DNA from: Candidatus Dormiibacterota bacterium
GTDB taxonomy: Bacteria > Chloroflexota > Dormibacteria > Aeolococcales > Aeolococcaceae
Direction of reading: 5' to 3'
Length of the DNA stretch: 64,000 nucleotides
NCBI GenBank assembly: GCA_963718525.1
Contig: OY970355.1
Coordinates: 2,208,001-2,272,000, forward strand
The translations under genes and the position numbers were made by a program. Position 1 is the stretch's first letter, and each line of letters starts with the position of its first letter. Shown piece by piece: positions 61,090 through 64,000 of this stretch. The notes under the pieces are model-generated. The model had not been told where the DNA came from, made no database searches, and worked only from the letters and a program-made list of their open reading frames with translations.

Positions 61090-62520
61090 TCAAAGAAATG
61101 CGAACCGTTCGCGATGGATCTGCGCGGCAGGAACACCAAGGTCCGCCAGGCTCTCTTCAACACCCTCGATCATCTCCCGAGGACCGCAGACGAACACGTC
61201 CCGTTCGCGTAGGTCTGGTGCCACGGTGCGCAGGTACTTGGGCGCGAGCGGATAGAGATGGATCTCAGATCCCCGACGGCCGATGATGTAGTGGACCTCC
61301 CCGCCGCGCGCCCGGATCAGGCCGTCGAGCTCGGCCTTGAAGACGACGTCGCGCCAGGACCTGGCGCGATAGAGCAGGATGATGCCGTTCTTGCGCTGCG
61401 GCATTTCTTCGAGCAGAGCCCGCAGCGGGGTGATGCCGATGCCCCCCGCGATGAGCAACGCCCGCGGACGCCGGCGACGCAGCGTGGTGAAGATCCCGTA
61501 TGGCCCCTCGACGATCACCGGGGTGCCCGGTTGCAGGCCGCGCACCGCCTTGGTGAAGTCGCCGAGCTGCTTCACGGTGATGCGCAGATACTCGCCATTG
61601 GGTGCGGCAGACAGCGAGAACGGGTGGACCCGCCACCAGATTCCCCGGGCCAGGAAGCGGAACTTGAAGAACTGACCGGCGCGCATTGGCAGCTCCGCGA
61701 GGTTGCGCCCGGTGATGTAGATCGAGATGACCCCTGGCGCCTCCTCAACCACGGCGTGAACCCGAAGCCGGTGGCGCACAGTCATGCGGACGGGGATCAG
61801 CACCCTGAAGGTGAGGACAAGCAGTGCGGCGACCACGTACAGAGCCACCCAGTACGTGATCGCAGCGGGGTCACGCTCGAAGTCGGTGCCGACGGCGAGC
61901 TGGTGACCAAAGCTGAGCGCAATCGCAAGGTAGACGAAGAGATGGATGAAGTGCCAGCTGTCGTACGAGAGCCGACGCCGGGCTGCCCGGACCGAAGCCA
62001 CCGCGATGACGATGAACAGTGCGGTGGCGACATACGCCATGAGCATGTAGGGGTAGGTGGTGAGGAAGGTCCACGTCTCGGACAGAAAGGAGTGGCCATT
62101 GCTGACGGCGTAGCCGGCCGTCGTGAAGAGAACGTGTCCACAGATCAGGAAGACGGTCGCGAATCCCAGCCAGCGATGCCATCCGGCGATGCGGTCGATG
62201 CCGAAGAGCTGGTCCAGCCAGGGGCTCCGAGACATCAGCACCACTTGGACGATCGCCGAATACGTGCCAAGCAGGGCAGTGAGTTGACCAGCAGCAGACA
62301 GCAGCGCGCCAGCGTTGCCCAGGTTGGGCAGCTGCCCATGACGCACCCACATGGCGACGATCAGCGCGGCGTTGGCGAACACAATCAACGTGACGTCGGT
62401 GGGTCGGAGTCCCCAGGAACGAGGGACGCGGAGCGAGCGCCGGACGGCGGAGGTCGCTTGCCCTCCCAGACGAATGGGAGGGATCGCCACGACTATGCCG
62501 GCACCGTCGGCTGCCGCCAT
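61090..62520 (-). CDS. Ferric-reductase TM + FAD/NAD(P)H-binding ferredoxin-reductase family protein
   Basis: Heme His motifs, HPFSLS, EGPYG, AGGIGITP, VCGP, ERF; start uncertain. Confidence 0.9.
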   Translation of the reverse strand: MAAADGAGIVVAIPPIRLGGQATSAVRRSLRVPRSWGLRPTDVTLIVFANAALIVAMWVRHGQLPNLGNAGALLSAAGQLTALLGTYSAIVQVVLMSRSPWLDQLFGIDRIAGWHRWLGFATVFLICGHVLFTTAGYAVSNGHSFLSETWTFLTTYPYMLMAYVATALFIVIAVASVRAARRRLSYDSWHFIHLFVYLAIALSFGHQLAVGTDFERDPAAITYWVALYVVAALLVLTFRVLIPVRMTVRHRLRVHAVVEEAPGVISIYITGRNLAELPMRAGQFFKFRFLARGIWWRVHPFSLSAAPNGEYLRITVKQLGDFTKAVRGLQPGTPVIVEGPYGIFTTLRRRRPRALLIAGGIGITPLRALLEEMPQRKNGIILLYRARSWRDVVFKAELDGLIRARGGEVHYIIGRRGSEIHLYPLAPKYLRTVAPDLRERDVFVCGPREMIEGVEESLADLGVPAAQIHRERFAFL

Positions 62521-63241
62521 AACGGGTGCGATGTTGTGGCTGGTCGGCGGCTCGGTAGGTGCACCGCGCGGACTGGTCGTTTCGTCGCGCGAGCCAGGCG
62601 CCGCACGGGTGGAGGAGCTTCTGCGCCGAGATCGCGACCGTTTGCCGGCGCCGCGGCCCTGCCCTAGTCCCATTGCACGGATGGTATGCGGCGATTCTGA
62701 CGGCGGAGTGACGATGGCCCGAGCTGAGGGTCGCCGAGCGTGCTGCTGGCCGGCCCGGGACGTTGTCCCACAGGCGCCATATCAGGCGGCTGCGCTACGG
62801 ACATGCCGAGATGCTCTGTCTATTAATCCAGCGTCGTAGCGCTGGGGCGAGATCTTCTGCAGGACCTCGAAAGTCCAGCCACCCAACTCCGGCCTTGTCG
62901 CGGTCGTGGTACAGATGTCCGACGGTGAGGTGCGCGCGTTGTTTCGTTGCCTCGAGATTGGCCAGATGTTGCGGCCGTGAGCACCGCGTCGGCAAGGATG
63001 GCGATCGTCCCGTCCCAGAGCGTGCCCGCCGCATAGAGAATTGTCGGGCCGTACCACCCGAGATCCGCGTACGAGTACGTATGCCGCAGATCACCGATGG
63101 CTGCCACTGCGATACCCCGCTTCTTAAGAGCTGACATTAGTCCAACCGCACCCGGGGCGAAGCACCCCTCGACGAGTGTATGTGGGCCAGGCGGCACCAC
63201 GACATCGATGCCGTCGGGCCATGGTTCAGGCGGTCCGGGAT

Positions 63242-63275
63242 GCTTCACGGTTTGGACCGCTTCACGGTTTGGACC
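63242..63275. repeat. Perfect 17-bp tandem duplication
   Basis: GCTTCACGGTTTGGACC x2. Confidence 0.9.
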
Positions 63276-63963
63276 GCATCGCACCTGCGCTTAACGAAGT
63301 GTTCAAGCACCGAGCCCACGAACACGACTCTGCCGGGGGATGGAGGGATCCAGACGCAAGGTCAGAGGCGCGATGCGCTGCAGTCGAGCGTTCGGACACT
63401 GAGCGCGTCGAGCGACTTGGAAAGGGGGATCGGGCGCCGCCGGCAACGCCAACGATAAGCCCAATCGCGAGTGCCATGCCGACCAGGGCAATGCGGATGC
63501 GCGAGCCGTTGTGCCGCAGCGCTGCGACTCCGTCTCGGGCGACTGTTTGCAGTGAGATCGGTGTGCGAAGCAGCAGGTGGAGACCAACACAGGCGCCCAT
63601 TGCCAGCACAGAAAGCACGTGCAGCTTCGCCCAGGGCTGCGCCTCACTGTGCTGCGACCACATCCATATGCCTGTTGCCATAGCGATGATCGTGCTCACA
63701 ATCAAGGCGGGAGCCAGGAGCCGTCCGACCCATTCCGGCGGACCCGCTGCGCGATACACGGCACGCCGCGCGTAGTAAGAAAGAGCGCGGTAGGTTGTGG
63801 AGCCAAGCTTCACAAGCAGGAGCGGTATGAGTGACAGCCCGGCGATGTAGTGGAGCTGCCAGTAGTTGCCGAAGACAAGGCCGCTGAGGGCAACCACCGC
63901 CAACCCCGGGAGAAGCAGCAGCCCAGCCCACGACGTCAGAGCGCGGTTTCCGAAGACTTGCAT
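63262..63963 (-). CDS. Hypothetical membrane protein (cytochrome b-like His pattern)
   Basis: LHYIAG, VKLGSTTYR, GPP, KLH, GLH; start may lie elsewhere near the window edge. Confidence 0.6.
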   Translation of the reverse strand: MQVFGNRALTSWAGLLLLPGLAVVALSGLVFGNYWQLHYIAGLSLIPLLLVKLGSTTYRALSYYARRAVYRAAGPPEWVGRLLAPALIVSTIIAMATGIWMWSQHSEAQPWAKLHVLSVLAMGACVGLHLLLRTPISLQTVARDGVAALRHNGSRIRIALVGMALAIGLIVGVAGGARSPFPSRSTRSVSERSTAAHRASDLASGSLHPPAESCSWARCLNTSLSAGAMRSKP

Positions 63964-64000
63964 GGCGGCAGCGCCATTGCGCCGCCCCGTCTCCCACCAG

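Overview
High-GC bacterial accessory region. The RpoD paralogue and Pro/Thr-rich lipoproteins suggest a Terrabacteria soil lineage such as Dormibacterota, Chloroflexota or Actinomycetota (inference only). The main unexplained structure is five direct-repeat junction elements at about 4.7, 11.4, 31.6, 33.1 and 39.6 kb. Each has a conserved 108-109 bp left arm, the 3' 46-47 nt of a tRNA-Pro(GGG) starting at the anticodon stem, and one of two right-arm types. They divide the window into cargo blocks, and I recognise no integrase gene, which suggests a tandem array of non-autonomous tRNA-Pro-targeted cassettes. One junction is split by an IS256 element (8-bp TSD), whose transposase is itself split by an IS110 element. 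The IS110 left end contains a predicted bridge RNA with guides matching both its own ends and the IS256 target. Cargo includes a Crp regulator, sigma70 and ALDH, MarR and TetR modules, an amidase, USPs, a heterodimeric ABC exporter, a damaged V/A-ATPase operon abutting a truncated MgtA-like ATPase, an Abi_C pseudogene, secreted proteins, an ECF sigma, two ApbE flavinylation clusters, HtrA, and CtpE-like and P1B-5/hemerythrin ATPases. All assignments come from motif recognition by eye; no searches were run.
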